From assembly GCF_006345805.1 (NCBI RefSeq), contig NC_043001.1:90520001-90584000 (forward strand): 64,000 nucleotides of DNA, in the 5' to 3' direction. This stretch comes from Octopus sinensis. Taxonomy: Eukaryota. Under the pieces are notes generated by a model. That model was not told the origin of the DNA and made no database searches. It was given only the letters and a program-made list of their open reading frames with translations. This document shows, in pieces, positions 28,285 to 41,014 of this stretch; within the stretch, counting starts at the first letter, position 1; the number at the start of each line of letters is the position of its first letter. Position numbers and translations under genes: made by a program.

Positions 28285-28326
28285 CACTATGTTTCTGGTG
28301 TGCACGCACTAGCCTTCTTCAGGTGT
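28285..28326 (-). ncRNA. Degenerate hammerhead-like motif (Penelope pLTR relic)
   Basis: Reverse complement acac-CTGAAGA-aggctagtgcgtgcacacca-GAAAC-ata-gtg. Stem II and stem III are both damaged. Confidence 0.35.
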
Positions 28327-28464
28327 CTTATGATTCACTTCAGTGTCTTACATGGAATTTGCACTGCATTACTAAACACCTTTATCCACTACGCCATCCC
28401 CGAGTAAATTTTACCGAAAAATATCGTCGGTCAAACCCGAAATGGGGCGCTAGATATATATACT

Positions 28465-28690
28465 TATTTCTTTACTGCCCACAAGGGGCTACACAAAGAG
28501 GGGACAAACAAGGACAGACAAACGGATTAAGTCGATTACATCGACCGCAGTGCGTAACTGGTACTTATTTAATCGACCCCAAAAGGGTGAAAGGCAAAGT
28601 CGACCTCGGCGGAATTTGAACTCAGAACGTAGCGGCAAATGAAATACCACTAAGCATTACGCTCGGGGCGCTAACGTTTCGGCCAGCTAG
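28465..28690 (-). mobile_element. SINE-B with tail A
   Basis: tttctttactgcccacaaggggctacacaaagaggggacaaacaagg...ggaatttgaactcagaacgtagcggc. Confidence 0.9.
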
Positions 28691-28719
28691 CCGTTTTAAT
28701 ATATATATATATATAATAT

Positions 28720-28786
<67 letters not shown>

Positions 28787-28909
28787 TACCAACCTCCCGA
28801 CCTCTCACTTCCTCTCTCTCTCTCCCTCTCTTCTCTCTCTCTCCATCTCTCTCCCTCTCTACCTGTATATATTTATGTCTATTATAGTATTATATAATAC
28901 ACACACACG

Positions 28910-28956
<47 letters not shown>

Positions 28957-29199
28957 ACACACACACACTCACAAAAAATATATGTATCAAATACCAGTAA
29001 CGAAAGCAAAATTGATACCGAAAAGCAATCTTTATCTCCTACTTAACATAGAGGTATTATTAGAATGCCTTCAGAGATCCTCTCGTGCCAAGAGCACTAA
29101 TATATATCTCTGTGCCCTTAGCACCGTATGTCTATATGAAAAAGGGCTCTCAAGGCGAATACCGCAGTATTTGACGTTTTACTAATACAGCCACATTAA

Positions 29200-29318
29200 G
29201 TAGAATATATATATAAACATATATATATACATATATAAACATATATACGTTTATATAGATATATATACATATACATATATATATATACATAAACAGATAT
29301 ATATATGCGTATATTATA

Positions 29319-29364
<46 letters not shown>

Positions 29365-29477
29365 GTAAACATACTCTCATCTTCATTAATAATGACCAAT
29401 TATCCATTTCTCACAGTAAATTGCTCCACTTCTTATCGTCTCTATATATAAACATATATATATATATGCATGCATGT

Positions 29478-29513
<36 letters not shown>

Positions 29514-29536
29514 AACATATATATATATATGCATGC

Positions 29537-29622
<86 letters not shown>

Positions 29623-29638
29623 GTATATGTATATAAAC

Positions 29639-29694
<56 letters not shown>

Positions 29695-29976
29695 ATATAT
29701 ATATAATAATGATATGTGTGCGCATATATATATGAATATATGTATATGTATATATATTCATATATTCATGTGTGGTTGTGTGTGTGTGTTTATACATATA
29801 CAGATTTGCATACATTGGATACAAATATACACAGACACAGATACAAATATAACCATGTGATAGATAAATTTGACAGACAGACACTGTTTTCTTCATATCT
29901 CCATACAGACATAGACACAAATATATGTGCCCATGCGCACAACGCACACACAACACACAAACACACCAACCTACAC

Positions 29977-30021
<45 letters not shown>

Positions 30022-30025
30022 ACAG
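29200..30025. repeat. (TA)n and (CA)n compound microsatellites
   Basis: Directly visible; includes a local duplicated unit taaacatatatatatatatgcatgcatg. Confidence 0.9.
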
Positions 30026-30268
30026 CTAATAACATTTGTATAGATCACGATATTCTTGTAGTTGTATGTAAATGTGTTTACGTGGACGCATGAGAGTAAG
30101 AGACTGCATCAAATGTTTGTTGTTCACATTCGATATTGGATTATTATTAAATGCACGCTTACTGCCCTGTAGCAAAATATACCAATTTTGTTTCAATTTT
30201 GCTCTAAATAGACTAATGAGATGCCAAGAAAAGTTTATCTTTCTCATCTAATGTATTAGTGATGCTGT

Positions 30269-30617
30269 GGAGGCACAATGGCCCAGTGGTTAGGGCAACG
30301 GACTCGCTGACATAGGATCGCGATTTCGATTCCCAGACCGAGTGTTGTGAATGTTCATTGAGCAAAAGACCTGAAGCTCCACGGGGTTTCGGCAGGGGGT
30401 GATGGCGAATCCTGCTGTGCTCTTTCACTACAACTTTCTCTCAATCTTTCTTCCTGTTTCTGTTGTACATGTATTTCAAAGGGCCAGCTTCGTCACACTC
30501 CGTTAAGGGTACACGTGTCTGCGTATTGCTCAGCCTCTTGCACGTTAGTCTCACGAGCAGGCTGTTCCGTTGATCGGATCAACTGGAACCCTCGTCGTCG
30601 TAACCGACGGAGTGCCA
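30269..30617 (+). mobile_element. SINE-C, tRNA-derived (possibly tRNA-Arg, resembling octopus OR-type SINEs)
   Basis: Head ggaggcacaatggcccagtggttagggcaacggactcgc...gatttcgattccc has an A box, a TCG anticodon-like loop and a B box. The tail cgtcgtaaccgacggagtgc also occurs at ~54288-54305. The name is from recall only. Confidence 0.75.
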
Positions 30618-31355
30618 CGATTAGTGATACTACGATGTCGTTTGTGTTAAAGCTCGGTTCCAAGTGGCTTTCGGTGTTGTTTGTCTGTTGATTTAACATA
30701 TGGATACATTACTCATATTGTTATATGTACTTCTTTATATGAACATATATCAACGTATGTATTGTACACACACATACATACACACACGTGCACACGTTCA
30801 CAGTCACAGATAGATATATATATATATACATATAAATACATATATATATATATACATAAATATACACATGTATTTACCTCCATACATATACATGCCTGTA
30901 TATACATACACATATACACGTATATATGTATATATACATACACACGTTATATATATATATATACATATTCATATGTGTGTGTGTATTAATGTTGGATTTA
31001 TTTATAATAAAAACAATGTTACATTAATGTGAAGGGTTACTTGTAGACTACAAATGTATTACTATTAAGCAGGAATATAATTGTGAGTGACTTCGAAGTT
31101 TCGCCAGGTAAGCCATCATCGAAGTGCAGGTCTGACGATGGTTTAGCTGGCCGAGACTTCGACATCATTGTCAATAATATTTTTTATATATATATAATAT
31201 ATAATATATATATATATATATATAATATATATATTATATATATGGGGGGGTATGTGTGTGTGTGTGTATATATATATATATGTATGTATGTATGTATATA
31301 TGTATGAATCTATGTATGTATGTATTATGTATTATATATACACATATATATATAT

Positions 31356-31391
<36 letters not shown>

Positions 31392-31412
31392 GATATATAT
31401 ATATACATCTTT

Positions 31413-31463
<51 letters not shown>

Positions 31464-31837
31464 TACATATTTCATATTTATAAATAGTTTACGCATGATA
31501 TTTCTTTAAAAAATATTACATATGCTTAGGTACATATATAAATAATATACATACATATATAAAATCAGTGTTGTGTGTGTATACATACATATACATACAT
31601 ACATACATCATACATACATACATACATACATACATACACATACATATACTGAGCGACTTCGAGGTTATTACTAATTATTAACTAGTTGGAAGCTGGAGCT
31701 TCGCAATCACTGTCGGCCTTTGCTGTGTAAAAATTAATATATATGTACTCTACTAAAAAGTGTCGTGTACTCCTTCAGTTTGGTGTAAAGTAGTTGTTAT
31801 ATATTAATTCACCAAAAAACAAGCCTCAATATACAAC

Positions 31838-31890
<53 letters not shown>

Positions 31891-33239
31891 ATTTAGTGTG
31901 TGTGTGTGTGTTATGCAAGTATATATATATGTATTTATATAAACACACACATACACACACCCACACACATACAAATAAGGGAGTGAAAGCAGAGATAGTG
32001 AAAGATATTGATACAGGCTGATCTATATTATACATAAAAAATACAATGATTAGCTGTGTAAATGTATTACTTGCACACGTGCACATGCTGCTCATAGAAT
32101 AAACTCCTAATCTACGCACGCGTCAATGCAGCAGACTTCTTCTAAATATAATGGATGCTTCTTATCTCTGAGTAGCCGTAACTTACCGAACACACACGAA
32201 AGCTATGTTCTAGCCTTCGACAATCCCCGGCAATGTACTTTCATTGACCTCGCTTGTTTTTTGTATGTAATACAGGTATTACTTCTTAGTTATGATCCTT
32301 ATTTTAGCCTTTCTTATTCGAAAACATTCATATATACATAAATACATGCACATACATACACACATACTCCCGCACATATATACATACATACATACATACA
32401 TGCATACATACATACATACATACATACATACATACATACATACATACATACATACATACATACATACATACATGTATACATAAGCACTTGCATAAATATA
32501 CATATATATATATATATATACAGTCAATCATACGCCAGTATACATATACATGCATGACTGTAGATAACTATTGTTGGAGGGAGAACTGAATATATCTGTG
32601 TGTGCATTATATAGTATGTATGCACGTACGTATGTATTTATTTATGTATGTATATATGTATGCATGCACGTATGTACGTATATACATGTTTGCGCATATT
32701 TTGTATATATTTGTTCGTGTATTTATAAGTGTATTTATGTACATGTGTGTATATTGTGTATATATGTACGTGTGAATATATGTATATTTACTTGTATATA
32801 TGTATGCATCATGCATGTATATATATGTATGTATATATCTATATGCATGCATGTGTCTTTTTCCACTTTGACCTGAAAACTAGATCGAAGTATGTCACTC
32901 GTTGAAATCATTAATATACAAACCTCATGCCACACGAGAGCTAAATCTGTAGGCGAGAAATAGCCAGTTTCGATGTTCCCCTGCTGAATGTTTGCTATCC
33001 TATGTTAGATGTGTATATAATGTAAATGTTAGTAGAACATTTATACAAAATTATTATTGTCTTTCATTTTTTTTCTTTTTAGTGTATCATTTTCGCCTCT
33101 TCTCTTCTTCCTGTGTCATTCTGTTTAGTTCAATCTTGTATCTTCATCGGTAAAAGGTAGATTCCATGAAATCTAATAGACGTAGACGTGGAATGTGATA
33201 TGTATGAAAGAAAGAAAGAAAGAAAAGAGAAAGATAGAA

Positions 33240-33253
33240 TAATAATAATAATA

Positions 33254-33322
<69 letters not shown>

Positions 33323-33624
33323 TGATGGTGATGATGATGATAAAATAAAATAAAATAAAAACAAGTCAGCAGAGAGGAAGTGATATCTTTGTCAGAAAAT
33401 AATAAAGAAAATGTATTGTTCCTCAGACGGTAACTTAAGAGGATGTAGATTATATGTGTTTCGGAAACACAATAAGAAAAGAAAAATAATAAAATAAATC
33501 AGAAAAATAGAAGACAGGGAATTCAGACGTGTGATGCGCGAAAAGAAATATATGCGATTATAATATTGATATCTTCAACTCTCTTCGCATTTCATATATA
33601 TATATATATAATATATATATTATA

Positions 33625-33676
<52 letters not shown>

Positions 33677-34712
33677 ATATATAAAGAAATAACTTCAACA
33701 CTTTCTTTCGTTTCTTCTCTGGATCAGAATTTGTTTATCGTTGTATGTTTGTCAGTCTTAATCTTTTGTTTTTACTCAATTTTTTGTTTTCGATTTTATG
33801 ATATTTCTTACAGACCTTTTTGTTTTGTTTTGTTTTGTTTTTGTTGTTATTGTTAACTAATAAGTTGTTTTTTGCTTTTTGTTTTGTTTTGTTTTTTGTT
33901 TGTTTGTTTGTTTTTTTTTTCCTGTTTCTCTTGTCCGACTACAGTTTTGTGCGGAGTGTACACACTGGACCGATTCTGTGTCGTGCAAACACAGATTTGT
34001 TAGTTTAACGAGATGATGATGATGATGATTCTGATGATGATGATGATGATGATGATGAGGATGATGATGATGATGACGATGACGACGACGACGGTGAAGA
34101 AGAAGATGAAGAAGATGAAGAAGAAGAAGAAGATGAAGAAGAAGAAGAAGAAGAAGAAGAAGAAGAAGAAGAAGAAGAAGAAGAAGAAGAAGAAGAAGAA
34201 GAAGAAGAAGAAGAAGAAGAAGAAGAAGAAGAAGAGTTAAATAGAAAGTAGAGAAAACAGAATGTAAGAGAACAAGGAGTGGACAAATAATGAATTAGGG
34301 CTACTGAGTGGGGTGGGTAGCGATTGAAAGAGACGATAAAACAGAGAGGGAAAGTATGAGGGAAGAAGAAGAAGAAGAAGAAGAAGAAGAAGAAGAAGAA
34401 GAAGAAGAAGAAGAAGAATGAATGAATGAATGAATGAATGAATGAATGAATGAATAACAGTGTTTGGAGACTACTATTGATTGCGTTTGTGCAGATGCTG
34501 AAGCTAGCAAGGCGACTCTTTAGTTTATAGGTTGAGCGAACTGCAGTATACGGGAGGTGTCGGATAGGATGGCGATCATGCGAGGAAGAAGTAGAGGACA
34601 TATAAGGAAGGAGGTATGGGGAAAGAACAGGAGCTGAAAGGCAGAAAGTATATCGGCACTGAAATGCATTTAGTAGTGAAAGAGAGGGAATGAGTACGAG
34701 AGAGAAAGAGAG

Positions 34713-34766
<54 letters not shown>

Positions 34767-34939
34767 AGGTCAGGAGTGACTGTATGGACAAGAGTTGAGT
34801 GACGAAGTTAGGGAGTGATGAAAGACACGCACATAAAAATCGACTGGAAAAGGAGAGGGGGGAGAATACATCGTAGTTATTATATCAAAAATAATTCTAA
34901 CAGCGAACGTAGAAGAGGCGAGAGCGGAAGCTCACAGTG

Positions 34940-34998
<59 letters not shown>

Positions 34999-35017
34999 GG
35001 TGGTGGTGGTGGTGGTT

Positions 35018-35050
<33 letters not shown>

Positions 35051-35069
35051 ACGGTGGTGGTGGTAATGT

Positions 35070-35103
<34 letters not shown>

Positions 35104-35167
35104 GGTGGTGTGGTGGTGGTGGTGGTGGTGGTGGTTGTAGTAGTAGTAATGGTGGTGGTGGTAATGT

Positions 35168-35209
<42 letters not shown>

Positions 35210-35260
35210 GGAATAAAAGGTAGTAGCAACACAGCAACAATAACAATAACAACAGCGCAT
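33240..35260. repeat. Simple-repeat cluster: (AAT)n, (GAT)n, (GAA)n, (GAAT)n, (GA)n, (TAG)n/(TGG)n
   Basis: Directly visible, with short unique spacers. Confidence 0.9.
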
Positions 35261-35464
35261 CAATAATTTGTAGGTTAGAGCAACACCAGGTACAACAGGA
35301 ATATATGTGGGTCTGGTTCTGTTTTTTTTTTAAAAAAATTATTTACAGATATTTGGGAAGAATTATCAGAATCAGAAAAAGGTTTTTTTTACAACGCTTT
35401 ATTGAATACGAGTATATGTATGTGTGTGCGTGTGTGCATATATGTATGTATATGTGTGTACACA

Positions 35465-35935
35465 TGTATATTGATATAGTTATATATACATGCATAAATA
35501 TACATATATGTTCATATATTTATATACATTACAAATATATGCATATTATATATATATATTGTGTGTGTGTATGTATATATATATATTTATACATATCATC
35601 TATGTGTGTGTGATTCATATTATATATATTGATATAGTTATATATACATACATAAATATACATATATGTTCATATATTTATATACATTACAAATATATAC
35701 ATATTATATATATATTGTGTGTGTGTATGCATATATATATATATTTATACATATCATCTATGTGTGTGTGATTCATATTATATATAAAATTACACACATA
35801 TATACATATATGTGTGTATACATGTATAGTGATATAGATATATATGTATACATAAATATACATATATATTCATATATTTATATACATTACAAATATATGC
35901 ATATTATATATATATATATATATGTATTGTGTGTG

Positions 35936-35972
<37 letters not shown>

Positions 35973-36010
35973 TCTATATGTGTGTGTGATTCATATTATA
36001 TATAAAAATT
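35465..36010. repeat. About three tandem copies of a 160-200 bp AT-rich minisatellite unit
   Basis: The motif gatatag.tatatatac..cataaatatacatatat.ttcatatatttatatacattacaaatatat...catctatgtgtgtgtgattcatatt recurs at ~35470, ~35630 and ~35830. Confidence 0.85.
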
Positions 36011-36384
36011 ACACACACACACACTTATATATACATATATATATATATACAAGCGTGTGTGTGTGTGAATCTGTATGTTTGTGCGCATCTGCTTGTGTGG
36101 TTGAGTGTACATATATATGCTAGCTGCTTCTTTAACCAAGAGTTGGGTGTTGTGACTTAAGAGCCATCCTGACATGTATTGTCGACCAGTATGAACATTA
36201 GATATTCACAATACCAGAAGACATGACATATATTCTAAATATAGAAGTAGTGGTAATACTAACGTAGACTACATCTTTTCATTTATGCAAATCTATCAGA
36301 GATCGACTGAATCGATGACTGACACCATAACAGCGATCAATATTAATATTAATTAGCGGCATTTTGTAGGTTTTTACCTCCTAT

Positions 36385-38520
36385 AATTCAATTTCCGTCG
36401 AGGTCGACTTTACCGTTCGTCCTTCAGATATCGAAGAAAAAAGTACCAGTTGAGTGCTGGGGTCGATGTAATCGCCTCACCCCTATCTCCCGAAGTTGCT
36501 GAATTTGTGCCAAAATTTGAAACCCTTTTCTACTCTAGGCACAAAGCCCGAAATTTTGGAGGGAGGGGGGCCAGTCAATTAGATCGACCCCAGTACGCAA
36601 CTGGTACTTAATTTATCGACCCCGAATGGATGAAAGGCAAAGTCGACCTTGGCGAAATTTGAACTCAGAACGTAAAGACAGACGAAATACGGCTAAGCAT
36701 TTCGCCCGGTGTGCTAACGTTTCTGTTAGCTCGCCGCCTTTAAAATTTGAAAATCAAAATTAATATTAAGACAAAAGTGTTTCGTCCATTTTTACGTTCT
36801 CAGTTTAGTTTCCACCGAGATCGGCTTTGCCTTTCATCCTTCAGGAGATTGATGAAATAAGGACAAGTTGAACCCCTGGGACGGTGTAATTGACTAACCC
36901 CCATCTCCCGAAATTGCTGACCCCAGTGATGACTGGTACTTATCGATTACTTTCGTCGATGGGTCGATAAAATAAAGTACCAGTTAAGTATTGGGGTCGA
37001 TATTATCGACAAATCTCTTCTCAAAAATTACAAGCCTTCTGTCTAAATTAGAAACGATTATAGCCGAGGTCGACTTTGTCTTTCATTGTTTTGAGGTCGA
37101 TAAATCAAGCACCAGTTGCGTACTGCTCTCGATCTAATCGATTGGCTCCCTCCTACCAAATTTCAGGCCTTGTGCCTATAATAGAAAGGATTATTAATAT
37201 TGATTTCAAGTTTTGGCACAAACACATGGTGTTCGAGCAAGGGGTAAGTCAATTATATCGACCCCAGTACTCGACTAGTACATACTTAATCGACCCCGAA
37301 AGGATGAAAGGCAAAATTTGAACTCAGAACGTTAAAGACGGACTAAATCCCGCTAAGCATTTTATCTGGAATGCTAACGATTCTGCCAGTTTGTCGCCCT
37401 AGAAACTACAGGGTGTGGCAGAAAGGTTGTCCCAATTTCAAAGGTTTATAAAAAACAAACACACGAAGATACAAGAAAAAAAACGATGCTCTCTACTCCA
37501 GGCCATAATGGATACTACCTGAAGCAAAAAAAAAAAGGTATTTAATGAACTTCATAGAAATACAAAGGTTTTTCATGCATCTTCATGTGTTTGATGTTTT
37601 ATTAACCTTTGAAATCGGAGCATCCTTTCTGCCGCACCCTGTATTATTAGTATTAAAAGAGCTATCGCTATTGATATTCATAGAGCGGTGAGCTCAAATT
37701 CCGCCGAGGTCGACTTTACCTTTCATTTTTATTGGGAGTCGCTAAAATAAGTACTGGTTGAGCACAGGGTATTGACGTAATCGACTGACCTCTTCGCCCA
37801 AAATCTCGGGCCTTTTGCCTATAGAAGGAATGTTATTAATAGAGCTATATATTCCGCCGTAGTCAGCTTTGCTTTTCATCTTCTCGGGGTCGATAAAATA
37901 AGTGCCAACTGAGCACTGGTGGTCAATGTAGTTGACTTGCCCCTCCTCCAAATCTGCTGGCCTTGTGCCAAAATTTGAAACCGATATTAATAGAGCTGTC
38001 GTTAAGAGAGTTAATACTATGTTCACTCTGTGATTTCGGTCGTATATACGAGCATGCTCATGTCGAGTGTGTATCTACAGATTTTCATCGGTTCTCAATG
38101 TGTCTGAATTATTATTAATAGTAATGTCTCACTATTTTAAATTTCAGTAATAGTATCTCTGGCTTTGTGAATGCAGCAGGCCTCGAGTTCGATCCCATTG
38201 CATGGCATCTTGAGCTAACGTATTTCGTCATTGCCTGCGATAAACCCTAATTCTTGTCAGTGAAATTAGTTGAATTGATGGAAATCGGGGGAGAAGTCCG
38301 TCAAATGGATTATACCTATTTCTTTACTACCCACAAGGGGCTAAACACAGAGGAGACAAACAAGGACAGACAGACCGATTAAGTCGATTATATCGAACTC
38401 AGTGCGTAACTGGTACTTAATTTATCGACCCCGAAAGGATGAAAAGCAAAGTCGATCTCGGCGGAATTTGAACTCAGAACGTAGCGGCAGACGAAATACC
38501 GCAAAGCATTTCACCCGACC
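36385..38520. mobile_element. Dense cluster of about 9 SINE-B copies in both orientations plus a degenerate SINE-A head
   Basis: Plus copies ~36385-36520, 36775-36925, 36950-37060, 37063-37195, 37690-37832, 37850-37985. Minus copies ~36525-36742, 37200-37400, 38315-38520. SINE-A-like head ~38170-38300. Confidence 0.85.
37409..37641. mobile_element. Tc1/mariner MITE with TA TSD
   Basis: TA|cagggtgtggcagaaagg ... cctttctgccgcaccctg|TA. Confidence 0.85.
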
Positions 38521-38755
38521 GTCAATTCAAAGACAACTTTGTAGCATACACCGTGCCAATCTTAACAAATTTGCTTATCCAATCGCTATACGCTTTGCAA
38601 CATCGTAAGCGATGCGTTCTGCTTCGAGTAACTGGGTTTCTCTGCCTGTGTTCTATCTAGATAGACCATATACATCATAAACTTGTAATATTTGTAGCCA
38701 ACCAATATAAATTGGAGTCGTCGACCTGCATCATTACAATGCACTAATCTAACGA

Positions 38756-39523
38756 TTACATTATCTAGATATATATTTCTTTACTACCCACAAGGGGCTA
38801 AACACAGAGAGGACAAACAAGGACAGACAAACGGATCAAGTCGATTATATCGACCCCAGTGCATAACTGGTACTTATTTAATCGACCCCGAAAGGATGAA
38901 AGGCAAAGTCGACCTCGGCGGAATTTGAACTCAGAACGTAACGGCAGACGAAATACGGCTCCGCATTTCGCCCGGCGTGCTAACGTTTCTGCCAGCTCGC
39001 CGCCTTTACATTATCTAGATATATATTTCTTTACTACCCACAAGGGGCTAAACACAGAGGGGACAAACAAGGACAGACAAACGGATCAAGTCGATTATAT
39101 TGACCCCGGTGCGTAACTGGTACTTATTTAATCGACCCCGAAAGGATGAAAGGCAAAATCGACCTCGGTGGAATTTGAACTCAGAACGTAACGGCAGACG
39201 AAATACGGCTCCGCATTTCGCCCGGCGTGCTAACGTTTCTGCCAGCTCGCCGCCTTTACATTATCTAGATATATATTTCTTTACTACCCACAAGGGGCTA
39301 AACACAGAGGGGACAAACAAGGACAGACAAAGCGATTAAGTCGATTCCATCGACCCCAGTGCGTAACTGGTACTTAATTTGTCGACCCCGAAAGGATGAA
39401 AGGCAAAGTCAACCTCGGCGGAATTTGAACTCAGAACGTAATGGCAGACGAAATACGGCTCCGCATTTCGCCCGGCGTGCTACCGTTTCTGCCAGCTCGC
39501 CGCCTTTACATTATCTAGATATA
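38756..39523 (-). mobile_element. Three tandem SINE-B (tail A) copies with an exact 250-bp period
   Basis: The separator ttacattatctagatata starts at 38756, 39006, 39256 and 39506. All three copies share the variant ggctccgcatttc. Confidence 0.95.
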
Positions 39524-41014
39524 GATTTGGATGAACCTGCACGATTTCTCCATGTTTACAGTGACGCATTCAGAAATCTAGTTATTACTCGTCAGACAAT
39601 TTGAACATTCAGAAGCAGGTACGCGATGCTTTTACACTCCTTTCTACCTACAAAATTTCACACGATTCCACACAATTCTAAAACGCCGTCCTGGTTCTTT
39701 ACTAGCGCTAAAGGTACAAGATATTTCCAAGAATGCTTCTAGACGTGTAAATAATTTCAGCTGCCCTTTCCTGTTCGTTAACGCTTCTTTTCGTTTTGCA
39801 AACGCCATCAACTCAGTGCTCCATTGGAGAATAGCGTAGCTGGGGATCTTTTGTTGTCACTGTTCTTGTTCTCTGGGGGTTTGTTGGGGTTTTTATGAAG
39901 GCGAATTTGATGTAATTGTTGTTGATGTATGTTTTATCGCTTCTTGTTAAGATTTCAGAATTAGTTGTGATTTTTTTCTCTTGCTAGATATTTTGTGATT
40001 ATACTTATTGCTTGCAGATTTCTTCTGATATCGATTTTGTTGTAATTGTGATTGTGGTGGGATGGGCATAGCTGGTTGTTCGGTTGGTTTGTTGTTGGCT
40101 TGTTTGTCATCTCTTCGAATCTTTTGTTTTCGAGAATACAACAGCAGTCATCGCCGTCTTCTTCCTCCTCACATATTATACACACACACACACACACACA
40201 CACACAGGTACACCCACACACATACACACACACACACACACGCACACTCCCACATAATGACTAAGGTTTCGTCTTTTCCTCGGACACTTGATAAAGTGTC
40301 GGTGGGAGAGAGATTGTTGGATGTTATGGCGGAACTAACCGTCAGCAACTACAGTTGAGCCAACGAAATAAATTCTATACGTTCGCTCGATCTGCTAATA
40401 ATTGCAATCTAGCTTATAAAAGTAACAGTAATGTTGGACAACGTTCGTTAATATACAAAAATCTAGAATTGATACAAAAAGAACGACATTAAACATGTCT
40501 TCTCTATCATGGTTGACTAAAGTGGGTGGGTGGGTGGCTAAACAACACTTGTATTGTATTTTGGTTCACAAGATTATGCTGACTATTTGCTCAACTTTTT
40601 ATAAACAGCAAGTAGATCTCCTGCAAGTCACAAACTATCGTTTTAAAAATGAAGGAAGGATGCAGGAACAGTTTTGATGATTGGTCTGCCCAGTCGTGAC
40701 TGATATGGAGTTAAGCAACAAGACAAACATTAACTGTCAATCATTATTATAAAAGAAATAATAATTAAAAGACCTTACATTATTGCTTATAGATACATAC
40801 ATAAACACGTATGAATACACACACACACATATAAGAGCACGTATGTTTGTAAAGCTTAATCGAAAGCTCACACAATAGCAAAAAAAAACTTCTTCCAAAA
40901 TGGTTTGTAACATCCTGATAAAAGATTTTATAACTCTTTTTTAAAAATTATTTTTTTTAATCCCCTTTATACATAAAATCTGTATTAAGTATTTTTTTAG
41001 AAAGACTTTCAAAT

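Noticed and set aside
30269-30345. tRNA-like sequences here and at 4076, 8737, 7984 etc.
   Set aside because: Acceptor and anticodon stems are broken and each continues into a SINE body and tail, so these are SINE heads, not tRNA genes.
34005-34601. 198-aa Ser/Phe-run ORF and the overlapping poly-Lys ORF
   Set aside because: Both are products of (GAA)n and (GAT)n tracts.
38756-39523. Regularly spaced 18-bp direct repeats resembling a CRISPR array
   Set aside because: The 'spacers' are near-identical SINE copies, the DNA is eukaryotic and there are no cas genes.
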